Shown here: piece by piece, positions 40,401 through 53,403 of the stretch
Position numbering within the stretch: position 1 is the first letter of the stretch
How the letters are laid out: every line of letters begins with the position of its first letter
Notes under the pieces: generated by a model
Seen by the model: the letters and a program-made list of their open reading frames with translations, nothing else
The model's database searches: none
Told to the model about the DNA's origin: nothing
Made by a program: the position numbers and the translations under genes
NCBI GenBank assembly: GCA_964016885.1
Contig: OZ024740.1
Coordinates: 2,108,001 to 2,172,000 of the forward strand
DNA from: Eledone cirrhosa
Taxonomy: Eukaryota
DNA: 64,000 nucleotides
Direction of reading: 5' to 3'

Positions 40401-43400
40401 TGGTGTGTAGTATGTGGTGTGTAGTATGTGTTATGTAGTATATGGTGTGTAGTATGTGGTGTGTGTAGTATGTGTTGTGTGTAGTATGTGGTGTGTAGTA
40501 TGAGATGTATAATATGTGGTGTGTAGTATGTGGTGTGTAGTATGTGGTGTGTAGTATGTGGTGTATGTAGTATGTGGTGTGTGTAGTATGTGGGGTGTAG
40601 TATGTGGTGTGTAGTATGTGGTGTGTAGTATGTGGTGTGTAGTATGTGGTGTGTAGTATGTGTTGTGAAGTATGTGGTGTGTAGTATGTTGTGTGTAGTA
40701 TGTGGTGTGTAGTATGTGGTGTGTGTAGTATGTGGTGTGTAGTAGGTGGTGTGTAGTATGTGGTGTGTAGTATGTGGTGTGTAGTATGTGGTGTGTAGTA
40801 TGTGGTGTGTAATGTGTGGTGTGTAGTATGTGGTGTGTGTAGTATGTGGTTTGTAGTATGTGGTGTGTGTAGTATGTGGTCTGTAGTATGTGGTGTAGTA
40901 AGTTGTGTGTAGTATGTGGTGTGTAGTATGTGGTGTGTAGTATAAGGTGTGTGTAGTATGGGTTTCTAGTATGTGGTGTGTGTAATATGTGGTGTGTAGT
41001 ATGTGGTGTGAGTAGTATGTGGTGTGTGTAGTATGTGGTGTGTAGTATGTGGTGTATGTATTATGTGTGTGTAGTATGTGGCGTGTAGTATGTGGGGTAT
41101 AGTATGTGGGGTGTAGTATGTTGTGTGTAGTATGTGGTGTGTAGTATGTGGTGTGTGTAGGATGTGGTGTGTAGTATGTGGTGTGTGTAGTATGTGTTGT
41201 GTAGTATGTGGTGTGTAGTATGTGGTGTGTAGTTTGTGGTGTGTGTAGTATGTGTTGGGTAATGTGTGGTGTGTAGTATGTGGTGTGTGTAGTATGTGCT
41301 GTCTAGTATGTGGTGTGTGTAGTATGTGGTGTGTAGTATGTGGTGTGTAGTATGTGGTGTGTGTAGTATGTGGTGTGTGTAGTATATGGTCTGTAGTATG
41401 TGGTGTGTGTAATATGTGGTGTGTAGTATGTTGTGTGTAGTATGTGATGTGTAGTATGTGGTGGGTGTGGTATGTGGTGTGTAGTATGTGGTTTGTGTAG
41501 TATGAAGTGTGTAGTATATGGTCTGTAGTATGTGGTGTCTGTAATATGTGGTGTGTAGTATGTTGTTTGTAGTATGTGGTGTGTGTAGTATGTGGTTTGT
41601 AGTATGTGATGTGTAGTATGTGGTGGGTGTAGTATTTTGTGTGTAGTATGTGGTTTGTGTAGTATGTGGTGTCTAGTATGTGGTGTGTGTAGTATGAGGT
41701 GTATAATAAGTGGTGTGCAGTATTTTGTGTGTAGTATGTGGTGTGTAGTATGTGATGTGTGTAGTATGTGGTGTGTAGCATGTGGTGTGTGTAGTATGTG
41801 GTGTGTAGTATGTGGTGTTTAGTATGTGGTGTGTAGTATGTGGTGTGTAGTTTGTGGTGCATGTAGTATGTGGTGTGTAGTATGTGGTGTGTGTAGGATG
41901 TGGTGTGTGTAGTATGTGGTGTGTAGTATGTGGTGTGTAGTATGTGGTTCGTAGTATGTGGTGTGTAGTATGTGGTGTATAGTATGTGTTGTGATGTATG
42001 TGGTGTGTAGTATGTGGTGTGTAGTATGTGGTGTGTATTATGTGGTGTGTGTAGTATGTGGTGTGTGTAGTATGTGGCGTGTCGTATGTGGGGTGTAGTA
42101 TGTTGTGTGTAGTATGTGGTGTGTAGTATGTGGTTTATAGAATGTGGTGTGTAGTACGTGGTGTGTAGTATGTGTTGTGATGTATGTGGTGTGTAGTATG
42201 TGGTGTGTGTAGTGTGTGGTGTGTGTAGTATGTGGTGTGTAGTATGTGGTGTGTGTAGTATGTGGTGTATGTAGTATGTGGTGTATGTAGTATGTGGTGT
42301 ATGTAGTATGTGGTGTGTAGTATGTGGTGTGTGTAGTATGTGGTGTGTAGTATGTGGTGCGTAATGTGTGATGTGTAGTATGTGGTGTCTCTAGTATGTG
42401 GTGTGTGTAGTATGTGGTGTGTGTAGTATGTGGTGTGTAGTATGTGGTGTGTGTAGTATGTGGTGTGTGTAGTATGTGGTCTGTAGTATGTGGTGTGTGT
42501 AATATGTGGTGTGTAGTATGTGATGTGTAGTATGTGGTGGGTGTAGTATGTGGTTTGTGTAGTATGTGGTGTCTAGTATGTGGTGTGTGTAGTATGAGGT
42601 GTATAATAAGTGGTGTGCAGTATTTAGTGAGTAGTATGTGGTGTGTAGTATGTGATGTGTGTAGTATGTGGTGTGTAGTATGTGGTGTGTAGCATGTGGT
42701 GTGTGTAGTATGTGGTGTGTAGTATGTGGTGTGTAGTATGTGGTGTTTAGTATGTGGTGTGTAGTATGTGGTGTGTAGTATGTGGTGTTTAGTATGTGGT
42801 GTGTAGTTTGTGGTGTGTGTAGTATGTGGTGTGTAGTATGTGGTGTGTGTAGGATGTGGTGTGTAGTATGTGGTTTGTGTAGTATATTGTGTGTAGTATG
42901 TGGTGTGTAGTATGTGTTGTGATGTATGTGGTGTGTAGTATGTGATTTGTAGTGTGTGGTGTGTATTATGTGGTGTGTAGTATCTGGTGTGTAATGTGGG
43001 GTATGTAGTATGTGGTGTGTGTAGTATGTTGTGTGAAGCATGTGGTGTGTAGTATGTGGTGTGTAGTATGTGGTGTGTAGTATGTGGTGTGTGTAGTATG
43101 TGGTGTGTAGTATGTGGTTTGTGTAGTATGTAGTGTGTAGTATGTGGTCTGTAGTATGTGGTGTGTGTAATATGTGGTGTGTAGTATGTAGTATGTGGTG
43201 TGTGTAGAATGTGGTGTGTAATATGTGATGTGTAGTATGTGGTGTGTGTAGTATGTGGTGTGTAGTATGTGATGTGTAGTATGTGGTGGGTGTAGTATGT
43301 GGTTTGTGTAGTATGAAGTGTGTAGTATATGGTCTGTAGTATGTGGTGTCTGTAATATGTGGTGTGTAGTATGTTGTGTGTAGTATGTGGTGTGTGTAGT

Positions 43401-46400
43401 ATGTGGTGTGTAGTATGTGATGTGTAGTATGTGGTGGGTGTAGTATTTTGTGTGTAGTATGTGGTTTGTGTAGTATGTGGTGACTAGTATGTGGTGTGTG
43501 TAGTATGAGGTGTATAATAAGTGGTGTGCAGTATTTTGTGTGTAGTATGTGATGTGTGTAGTATGTGGTGTGTAGTATGTGGTGTGTAGCATGTGGTGTG
43601 TGTAGTATGTGGTGTTTAGTATGTGGTGTGTAGTATGTGGTGTGTAGTTTGTGGTGCATGTAGTATATGGTGTGTAGTATGTGGTGTGTGTAGTATGTGG
43701 TGTGTGTAGTATGTGGTGTGTAGTATGTGGTGTGTAGTATGTTGTGTGTAGTATGTGGTTCGTAGTATGTGGTGTGTAGTATGTGGTGTATAGTATGTGT
43801 TGTGATGTATGTGGTGTGTAGTATGTGGTGTGTAGTATGTGGTGTGTAGTATGTGGTGTGTGTAGTATGTGGAGTGTAGTATGTGGCGTGTAGTATGTGG
43901 GGTGTAGTATGTTGTGTGTAGTATGTGGTGTGTAGTATGTGGTGTGTAGTATGTGGTTTATAGAATGTGGTGTGTAGTACGTGGTGTGTAGTATGTGTTG
44001 TGATGTATGTGGTGTGTAGTATGTGGTGTGTGTAGTGTGTGGTGTGTGTAGTATGTGGTGTGTAGTATGTGGTGTGTGTAGTATGTGGTGTGTGTAGTAT
44101 GTGGTGTGTAGTATGTGGTGTGTAGTATGTGGTGTGTGTAGTATGTGGTGTGTAGTATGTGGTGCGTAATGTGTGATGTGTAGTATGTGGTGTGTGTAGT
44201 ATGTGCTGTCTAGTATGTGGTGTGTGTAGTATGTGGTGGGTGTAGTATGTGGTGTGTGTAGTATGAGGTGTATAATAAGTGGTGTGCAGTATTTAGTGAG
44301 TAGTATGTGGTGTGTAGTATGTGATGTGTGTAGTATGTGGTGTGTAGTATGTGGTGTGTAGCATGTGGTGTGTAGTATGTGGTGTGTAGTATGTGGTGTG
44401 TAGTATGTGGTGTTTAGTATGTGGTGTGTAGTATGTGGTGTGTAGTATGTGGTGTTTAGTATGTGGTGTGTAGTATGTGGTGTGTAGTTTGTGGTGTGTG
44501 TAGTATGTGGTGTGTAGTATGTGGTGTGTGTAGGATGTGGTGTGTAGTATGTGGTTTGTGTAGTATATTGTGTGTAGTATGTGGTGTGTAGTATGTGGTG
44601 TGTAGTATGTGATTTGTAGTGTGTGGTGTGTGTAGTATGTGGTGTGTAGTATCTGGTGTGTAATGTGGGGTATGTAGTATGTGGTGTGTGTAGTATGTTG
44701 TGTGAAGCATGTGGTGTGTAGTATGTGGTGTGTAGTATGTGGTGTGTAGTATGTGGTGTGTGTAGTATGTGGTGTGAAGCATGTGGTGTGTAGTATGTGG
44801 TGTGTAGTATGTGGTGTGTAGTATGTGGTGTGTGTAGTATGTTGTGTGAAGCATGTGGTGTGTAGTATGTGGTGTGTAGTATGTGGTTTATAGTATGTGG
44901 TGTGTGTAGTATGTGGTGTGTAGTATGTGGTTTGTGTAGTATGTAGTGTGTAGTATGTGGTCTGTAGTATGTGGTGTGTGTAATATGTGGTGTGTAGTAT
45001 GTTGTGTGTTGTATGTAGTATGTGGTGTGTAATATGTGATGTGTAGTATGTGGTGTGTGTAGTATGTGGTGTCTAGTATGTGGTGTGTGTAGTATGTGGT
45101 GTGTAGTATGTGGTGTGTAGTATGTGGTGTGTGTAGTATGTGCTGTCTAGTATGTGGTGTGTAGTATGTGGTGTGTGTAGTATGTGGTGTGTAGTATGTG
45201 GTGTGTAATATGTGGTTCGTGTAGTATGTAGTGTGTAGTATGTAGTGTGTGTAATATGTGGTGTGTAGTATGTGGTATGTAGTGTGTAGTATGTGGTCTG
45301 TAGTATGTGGTGTGCGTAATATATGGTGTGTAGTATGTGTTGTGTGTAGTATGTGGTGTGTAGTATGAGTTGTTTAATATGTGGTGTGTAGTATGTGGTG
45401 TGTGTAGTATGTGGTGTGTAGTATGTGGCGTGTAGTATGTGGGGTGTAGTATGTTGTGTGTAGTATGTGGTGTGTAGTATGTGGTTTATAGTATGTGGTG
45501 TGTAGTATGTGGTGTGTAGTATGTGTTGTGAAGTATGTGGTGTGTAGTATGTGGTGTGTAGTATGTGGTGTGTAGTATGTTGTATGTAGTATGTGGTGTG
45601 TAGTATGTGATGTGTAGTATGTGGTGTGTAGTATGTGGTGTGTGTAGTATGTGGTGTGCAGTATTTTGTGTGTAGTATGTGGTGTGTAGTATGTGGTGTG
45701 TGTAGTATGTGGTGTGTAGTATGTGGTGTGTAGCATGTGGTGTGTGTAGTATGTTGTGTGTGTAGTATGTGGTGTATAGTATGTGGTGTCTAGTATGTGG
45801 TGTGTGTAGTATGTGGTGTGTAGTATGTGATGTGTAGTAAATGGTGGGTGTAGTATGTGGTCTGTAGTATGTGGTGTGTAGTATGTGGTGTGTGTAGTAT
45901 ATGGTGTGTAGTATGTGGTGTGTTTAGTATGTGGTGTGTATTATGTGGTGTGGAATATGTGGTGTGTGTAGTATGTGGTGTGTAGTATGTGGTATGTTGT
46001 ATGTGGTGTGTGTAGTATGTGGTGTGTAGTGTGTGGTGTGTGGTGTGTGTAGTATGTAGTGTGTAGTATGTCGTCTGTAGTATGTGGTGTGTAGTATGTG
46101 GTGTGTGTAGTATGTGGTGTGTAGTATGTAGTGTGTAGTATGTGGTGTATGTAGTATGTGGTGTGTAGTATGTGGTATGTAGTATGTGGTGTGTAGTATG
46201 TGATGTGTAGTATGTGGTGTGTAGTATGTGGTTTGTGTAGTATGTAGTGTGTAGTATGTTGTGTGTTGTATGTGGTATGTAGTATGTGGTGTGTGTAGTA
46301 TGTGATGTGTCGTATGTGGTGGGTGTAGTATGTGGTGTGTGTAGTATTTGGTGTCTAGTATGTGGTGTGTAGTATGTGGTGTGTAGTATGTGATGTGTGT

Positions 46401-49400
46401 AGCATGTGGTGTGTAGTATGTGGTGTGGTGTATGTGATGTGTAGTATGTGGTGTGTAGTATGTGGTGTGTAGTATGTGGTGTGTAGTATGTGGTGTGTAA
46501 TATGTGGTGTGTAATATGTGGTGTGTAGTATGTGGTCTGTAGTATGTGGTGTGTGTAGTATGTGGTTTGTGTAGTATGTAGTGTGTAGTATGTGGTGTGT
46601 AGTATGTTGTGTGTTGTATGTAATATGCGGTGTGTATAGTATGTGGTGTGTAGTATGTGATGTGTAGTATGTGGTGGGTGTAGTATGTGGTGTGTAGTAT
46701 GTGGTGTGTAGTATGTGGTGTGTATAGTATGTGGTATGTGGTGTGTGTAGTACGTGGTGTCTAGTATGTGGTGTGTGAAATATGTGGTGTGCAGTATTTT
46801 GTGTGTAGTATGTGGTGTGTAGTATGTCGTGTGTGTAGTATGTGGTGTGTAGTATGTCGTGTGTAGCATGTGGTGTATGTAGTATGTGGTGTGTAGTATG
46901 TGGTATGTAGTATGTGGTATGTAGTATGTGGTGTGTAGTATGTGGTGTGTGTAGTATGTGGTGTGTAGTATGTGGTTTGTGTAGTATGTAGTGTGTAGTA
47001 TGTTGTGTGTTGTATGTGGTATGTAGTATGTGGTGTGTGTAGTATGTGATGTGTCGTATGTGGTGGGTGTAGTATGTGGTGTGTGTAGTATTTGGTGTCT
47101 AGTATGTGGTGTGTAGTATGTGATCTGTGTAGCATGTGGTGTGTAGTATGTGGTGTATGTGATGTGTAGTATGTGGTGTGTAGTATGTGGTGTGTAGTAT
47201 GTGGTGTGTAATATGTGGTGTGTAATATGTGGTGTGTAGTATGTGGTCTGTAGTATGTGGTGTGTGTAGTATGTGGTTTGTGTAGTATGTAGTGTGTAGT
47301 ATGTGGTGTGTAGTATGTTGTGTGTTGTATGTAATATGCGGTGTGTATAGTATGTGGTGTGTAGTATGTGATGTGTAGTATGTGGTGGGTGTAGTATGTG
47401 GTGTGTAGTATGTGGTGTGTAGTATGTGGTGTGTTTAGTATGTGGTATGTGGTGTGTGTAGTACGTGGTGTCTAGTATGTGGTGTGCAGTATTTTGTGTG
47501 TAGTATGTGGTGTGTAGTATGTCGTGTGTGTAGTATGTGATGTGTAGTATGTCGTGTGTAGCATGTGGAGTATGTAGTATGTGGTGTGTAGTATGTGGTG
47601 TGTAGTATGTGGTGTGTAGTATGAGGTGTGTAATATGTGGTGTGTAGTATGTGGTCTGGAGTATGTGGTGTGAGTAGTATGTCGTTTGTGTCGTATGTAG
47701 TGTGTAGTATGTGGTGTCTGTAATATGTGGTGTGTAGTATGTTGTGTGTTGTATGTGGTATGTAGTATGTGGTGTGTTGTATGTGATGTGTAGTATGTGG
47801 TGTGTAATATGTGATGTGTGGAGCATGTGGTGTGTGTAGTATGTGGTGTGTAGTATGTGGTGTGTGGAGCATGTGGTGTGTAGTATGTGGTGTGTAGTAT
47901 TTTGCGTGTAACATGTGATGTGTAGTATGTGGTGGGTGTCGTATGTAGTATGTGGTGTGTAGTATGTGGTGTGTGTAGTATGTGGTGTGTAGTATGTGGT
48001 GTGTGTAGTATGTGGTGTGTAGTATGTGATGTGTAGTATGTGGTGGGTGTAGTATGTGGTCTGTATTATGTGGTGTGTGTAGTATGAAGTGTGTAGTATG
48101 TGGTCTCTAGGATGTGGTGTGTAGTATGTGGTGTGTGTAGTATGTGGTGTGTAATATGTGATGTGTGGTATGTGGTGGGTGTAGTATGTTGTGTGTAGTA
48201 TGTGGTGTGTGTAGTATGTGGTGTGTGTAGTATGTGGTGTTTAGTATGTGGTGTGTAGTATGTGTCGTGTAGTATGTGGTGTGTAGTATGTGGTGTGTGT
48301 AGTATGTGGTGTGTAGTATGTGGTGTGTAGTATGTGGTTTGTGTAGTATGTGGTGTGTAGTATGTGGTGTGTGTAGTATGTGGTGTGTAGTATGTGATGT
48401 GTAGTATGTGGTGTGTAGTATGTGGTGTGTCTAGTATGTGGTGTGTAGTATGTGGTGTGTGTAGTATGTGGTGTGTGTAGTATGTGGTGTGTAGTATGTG
48501 GTGTGTAGTATGTGGTGTGTCTAGTATGTGGTGTGTAGTATGTGGTGTGTGTAGTATGTGGTGTGTGTAGTATGTGGTGTGTAGTATGTGGTGTGTAGTA
48601 TGTGATGTGTAGTATGTGGTGGGTGTAGTATGTGGTCTGTATTATGTGGTCTGTGTAGTATGAAGTGTGTAGTATGTGGTCTCTAGGATGTGGTGTGTAG
48701 TACGTGGTGTGTAGTATGTGGTGCGTGTAGTATGTGGTGTTTAGTATGTGGTGTGTAGTATGTGTTGTGTAGTATGTGGTGTATGTAGTATGTGGTGTGT
48801 AGTATGTGGTGTGTAGTATGTTCGTGTGTGTAGTATGTGGTGTGTGTAGTATGTGGTGTGTAGTATGTGGTTTGTGTAGTATGTGGTGTGTGTAGTATGA
48901 GGTGTGTAGTATGTGGTGTGTAATATGTGATGTGTAGTATGTGGTGGGTGTAGTATGTGGTGTCTAGTATGTGGTGTGTGTAGTATGGTGTGTGTAGTAT
49001 GTGGTGTGTGTAGTATGTGGTGTCTAGTATGTTGTGTGTGTAGTATGTGGTGTGTAGTATGTGCTGCGGAATATGTGGTGTGTGTAGTATGTGGTGTGTA
49101 ATATGTGATGTGTAGTATGTGGTGTGTGTAGTATGTGGTGTGTAATATGTGATGTGTGGTATGTGGTGGGTGTAGTATGTGGTGTGTGTAGTATGTGGTG
49201 TGTGTAGTATGTGGTGTGTAGTATGTGGTGTGTGTAGTATGTGGTGTTTAGTATGTGGTGTGTAGTATGTGTCGTGTAGTATGTGGTGTGTAGTATGTGG
49301 TGTGTGTAATATGTGGTGTGTGTAGTATGTGGTGTGTAGTATGTGGTGTGTAGTATGTGGTTTGTGTAGTATGTGGTGTGTAGTATGTGGTGTGTGTAGT

Positions 49401-52400
49401 ATGTGGTGTCTAGTATGAGGTATGTGTAATATGTGGTGTGCAGTATTTTGTGTGTAGTATGTCGTGTGCGTAGTATGTGGTATGTAGTATGTGGTGTGTG
49501 TAGTATGTGGTGTGTAGTATGTGATGTGTAGTATGTGGTGTGTAGTATGTGGTGTGTGTAGTATGTGGTGTCTAGTATGTGGTGTATAGTATATGGTGTG
49601 CAGTATGTGGTGTGTTGTATGTGGTGTATAGTATGTGGTGTGTGTAGTATGTGGTGTGTAGTATGTGATGTGTTGTATGTGGTGGGTGTAGTATGTGGTC
49701 TGTAGTATGTGGTGTGTGTAGTATGTGGTCTGTAGGATGTGGTGTGTGTAGTATGAGGTGTGTAGTATGTGGTGTGTGTAGTATGTGGTGTGTAATATGT
49801 GATGTGTAGTATGTGGTGCGTGTAGTATGTGGTGTCTAGTATGTGGTGTGTGTAGTATGGTGTGTGTAGTATGTGGTGTATGTAGTATGTGGTGTCTAGT
49901 ATGTTGTGTGTGTAGTATGTGGTGCGGAATATGTGGTGTGTAGTATGTGGTGTGTGTAGTATGTGGTGTGTAATATGTGATGTGTAGTATGTGGTGTGTG
50001 TAGAATGTGGTGTGTGTAGTATGTGGTGTGTGTAGTATGTGGTGTGTAGTATGTGTTGTGTAGTATGTGGTGTGTGTAGTATGTGGTGTCTAGTATGTGG
50101 TGTGTGTAGTATGTGGTGTCTAGTATGTTGTGTGTGTAGTATGTGGTGCGGAATATGTGGTGTGTAGTATGTGGTGTGTGTAGTATGTGGTGTGTAATAT
50201 GTGATGTGTAGTATGTGGTGTGTGTAGAATGTGGTGTGTGTAGTATGTGGTGTGTGTAGTATGTGGTGTGTAGTATGTGGTGTGTGTAGTATGTGGTGTG
50301 TGTAGTATGTGGTGTGTAGTATGTGTTGTGTAGTATGTGGTGTGTGTAGTATGTGGTGTCTAGTATGTTGTGTGTGTAGTATGTGGTGCGGAATATGTGG
50401 TGTGTAGTATGTGGTGTGTGTAGTATGTGGTGTGTAATATGTGATGTGTAGTATGTGGTGTGTGTAGAATGTGGTGTGTGTAGTATGTGGTGTGTGTAGT
50501 ATGTGGTGTGTAGTATGTGGTGTGTGTAGTATGTGGTGTGTGTAGTATGTGGTGTGTAGTATGTGTTGTGTAGTATGTGGTGTGTGTAGTATGTGGTGTC
50601 TAGTATGTGGTGTGTGTAGTATGTGGGGTGTAGTATGTGGTGTGTGTAGTATGTGGTGTGTAGTATGTGGTATGTAGTATGTGGTGTGTAGTATGTGATG
50701 TGTAGTATGTGGTGGGTGTAGTTTGTAGTGTGTAGTATGCGGTGTGTAGTATGTTGTGTGTTGTATGTAGTATGTGGTGTGTGTAGTATGTGGTGTGTAG
50801 TATGTGATGAGTAGTATGTAGTGGGTGTAGTATGTGGTGTGTAGTATGTGGTGTGTGTAGTATGTGATGTCTAGTATGTGGTGTGTGTAGTATGTGGTGT
50901 GTAGTATGTGGTGTGTAGTATGTGATGTGTGTAGTATGTGGTGTGTGTAGTATGTGGTGTGTAGTATGTGGTGTGGTGTATATGATGTGTAGTATGTGGT
51001 GGATGTAGTATGTGGTGTGTAGTATGTGGTGTGTAGTATGAGGTGTGTAATATGTGGTGTGTAATATGTGGTGTGTAATATGTGGTGTGTAATATGTAGT
51101 ATGTGGTGTGTAGTATGTGGTCTGTAGTATGTGGTGTGTGTAGTATGTGGTTTGTGTAGTATGTAGTGTGTAGTATGTGGTGTGTAGTATGTTGTGTGTT
51201 GTATGTGGTATGTAGTATGTGGTGTGTGTAGTATGTGGTGTCTGGTATGAGGTATGTGTAATATGTGGTGTGTGTAGTATGTGGTGTCTAGTATGTGGTG
51301 TGTGTAGTATGTGGTGTGTAGTATGTGGTGTGTAGTATGTGGTGTGTGTAGTATATGGTGTCTAGTATCTGGTGTGTGTAATATGTGGTGTGAAGTATTT
51401 TGTGTGTAGTATGTGGTGTGTGTAGTATGTGGTGTGTGTAGTATGTGGTGTGTAGTATGTGGTGTGTAGCATGTGGTGTGTGTAGTATGTGGTGTGTAAT
51501 ATGTGGTGTGTAGTATGTGGTGTGTAGTATGAGGTGTGTAATATGTGATGTGTAGTATGTGGTCTGTAGTATGTGGTGTGTGTAGTATGTGGTTTGTGTA
51601 GTATGTAGTGTGTAGTATGTGGTGTGTGTAATATGTGGTGTGTAGTATGTTGTGTGTTGTATGTGGTATGTAGTATGTGGTGTGTGTAGTATGTGGTGTG
51701 TTGTATGTGGTGTGTGTAGTATGTGGTGTGTAGTATGTGGTGTGTAGTATGAGGTGTGTGTAGTATGTGGTGTGTAGTATGTGGTGTGTGTAGTATGTGG
51801 TGTCTGGTATGAGGTATGTGTAATATGTGGTGTGCAGTATTTTGTGTGTAGTATATGTATTGTGTAGTATGTTGTGTGCGTAGTATGTGGTGTGTGTAGT
51901 ATGTGGTGTGTGTAGTATATATTGTGAAGTATGTGGTGTGTAGTATGTTGTGTGTAGTATGTTGTGTGTAGTATGTGTTCTGTAGTATGTGGTGTGTGTA
52001 GTATGTTGTGTGTGTAGTATGTGGTGTGTAGTATGTGGTGTGTGTAATATGTGGTGTGTAGTATGTGGTGTATAATATGTGGTGTGTGTAGTATGTGGTC
52101 TGCGCTGTATATGGTGTGTGTAGTATGTGGTGTGTGAAGTATGTGGTGTGTCGTGTGTGGTGTGTGTAGTATGTGGTGTGAAGTATGTGGTGTGTGTAGT
52201 ATGTGGTGTGTAATATGTGATGTGTAGTATGTGGTGGGTGTAGTATGTGGTGTGTGTAGTATGTGGTGAGTAGTATGTGGTGTGTGTATTATGTGGTGTG
52301 TGTAGTATGTGGTGTGTAGTATGTGGTGTGTGTAGTATGTGGTGTGTAGTATGTGGTGTCTAATATGTGGTGTGTGTAGTATGTGGTGTGTAGTATGTCG

Positions 52401-53262
52401 TGTGTAGTATGTGGTGTGTGTAGTATGAGGTGTGTAATATGTGGTGTGTAGTATGTGGTCTGTAGTATGTGGTGTGTAGTATGTTGTGTGTAGTATGTGG
52501 TATGTAATATGTGGTGTGTGTAGTATGTGGTGTGTAGTATGTGGTGTGTAGTATGTGGTGTGTGTAATATGTAGTGTGTAGTATGTGGTCTGTAGTATGT
52601 GCTGTGTAGTATGTGGTGTGTAGTATGTGGTGTGTAGTATGTGGTGTGTAATATGTAGTGTGTAGTATATGGTGTGTGTAGTATGTGGTGTGTGTAGTAT
52701 GTGGTGTGTAGTATGTGGTGTATAGTATTGGTGTGTGTAGTATGTGGTGTGTGTAGAATGTGGTGTGTAGTATGTGGTGTGTAGTATGTTGTATGTAGTA
52801 TGTGGTGTGTAGTATGTTGTGTGTAGTATGTGGTGTGTAGTATGTGGTGTGTGTAGTATGTGGTGTGTAGTATGTGGTGTGTAGTATGTGGTGTGTAGTA
52901 TGTGGTGTGTGTAGTATGTGGTGTGTAGTATGTGGTGTGTAGTATGTGGTGTGTGTAGTATTTTGTGTGTGTAGTATGTGGTGTGTACTATGTGGTGTGT
53001 GTAGTATCTGGTGTGTAGTATGTGGTGTGTGTAGTATGTGGTGTGTAGTATGTGGTGTGTGTAGTATGTAGTGTGTGTAGTATGTGGTGTGTAGTATGTG
53101 GTGTGTAGTATGTGGTGTGTGTAGTATATGGTGTGTAGTATGTGGTGTGTAGTATGTGGTGTGTAGTATGTGGTGTGTGGTGTGTGTAGTATGTGGTATG
53201 TGGTGTGTAGTATGTTGGTTGTAGTATGTGGTGTGTAGTATGTGGTGTGTAGTATGTGGTGT
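7481..53262. repeat. ~45.8-kb G/T-rich satellite array, 14/16/18-bp monomer TAGTATGTGG(TG)n, with higher-order duplications
   Basis: A continuous array with no interspersed TE seen by eye. The plus strand is almost devoid of C. Rare variant words recur at kb-scale periods. Confidence 0.97.
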
Positions 53263-53403
53263 ACAATTCTGGTTGTAATGAAATATCAGCTGTCACTTAA
53301 TATTTATTTCTAATGTTGGCACAATTCAGGAGCAAGTAGAGTCACATTTATTCATCCCCTTATATAACTGGTTCTTTAAGGCAAAATATAGACACATATA
53401 TTT

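Noticed and set aside
7253-53296. Dozens of long His/Thr/Tyr/Pro-rich minus-strand ORFs (up to 886 aa) and Val/Cys/Trp-rich plus-strand ORFs
   Set aside because: They are translations of a satellite whose C/A-rich strand rarely forms stop codons. All three frames give the same peptide words and the 14/16-bp units do not keep frame, so these are not real His-rich structural proteins.
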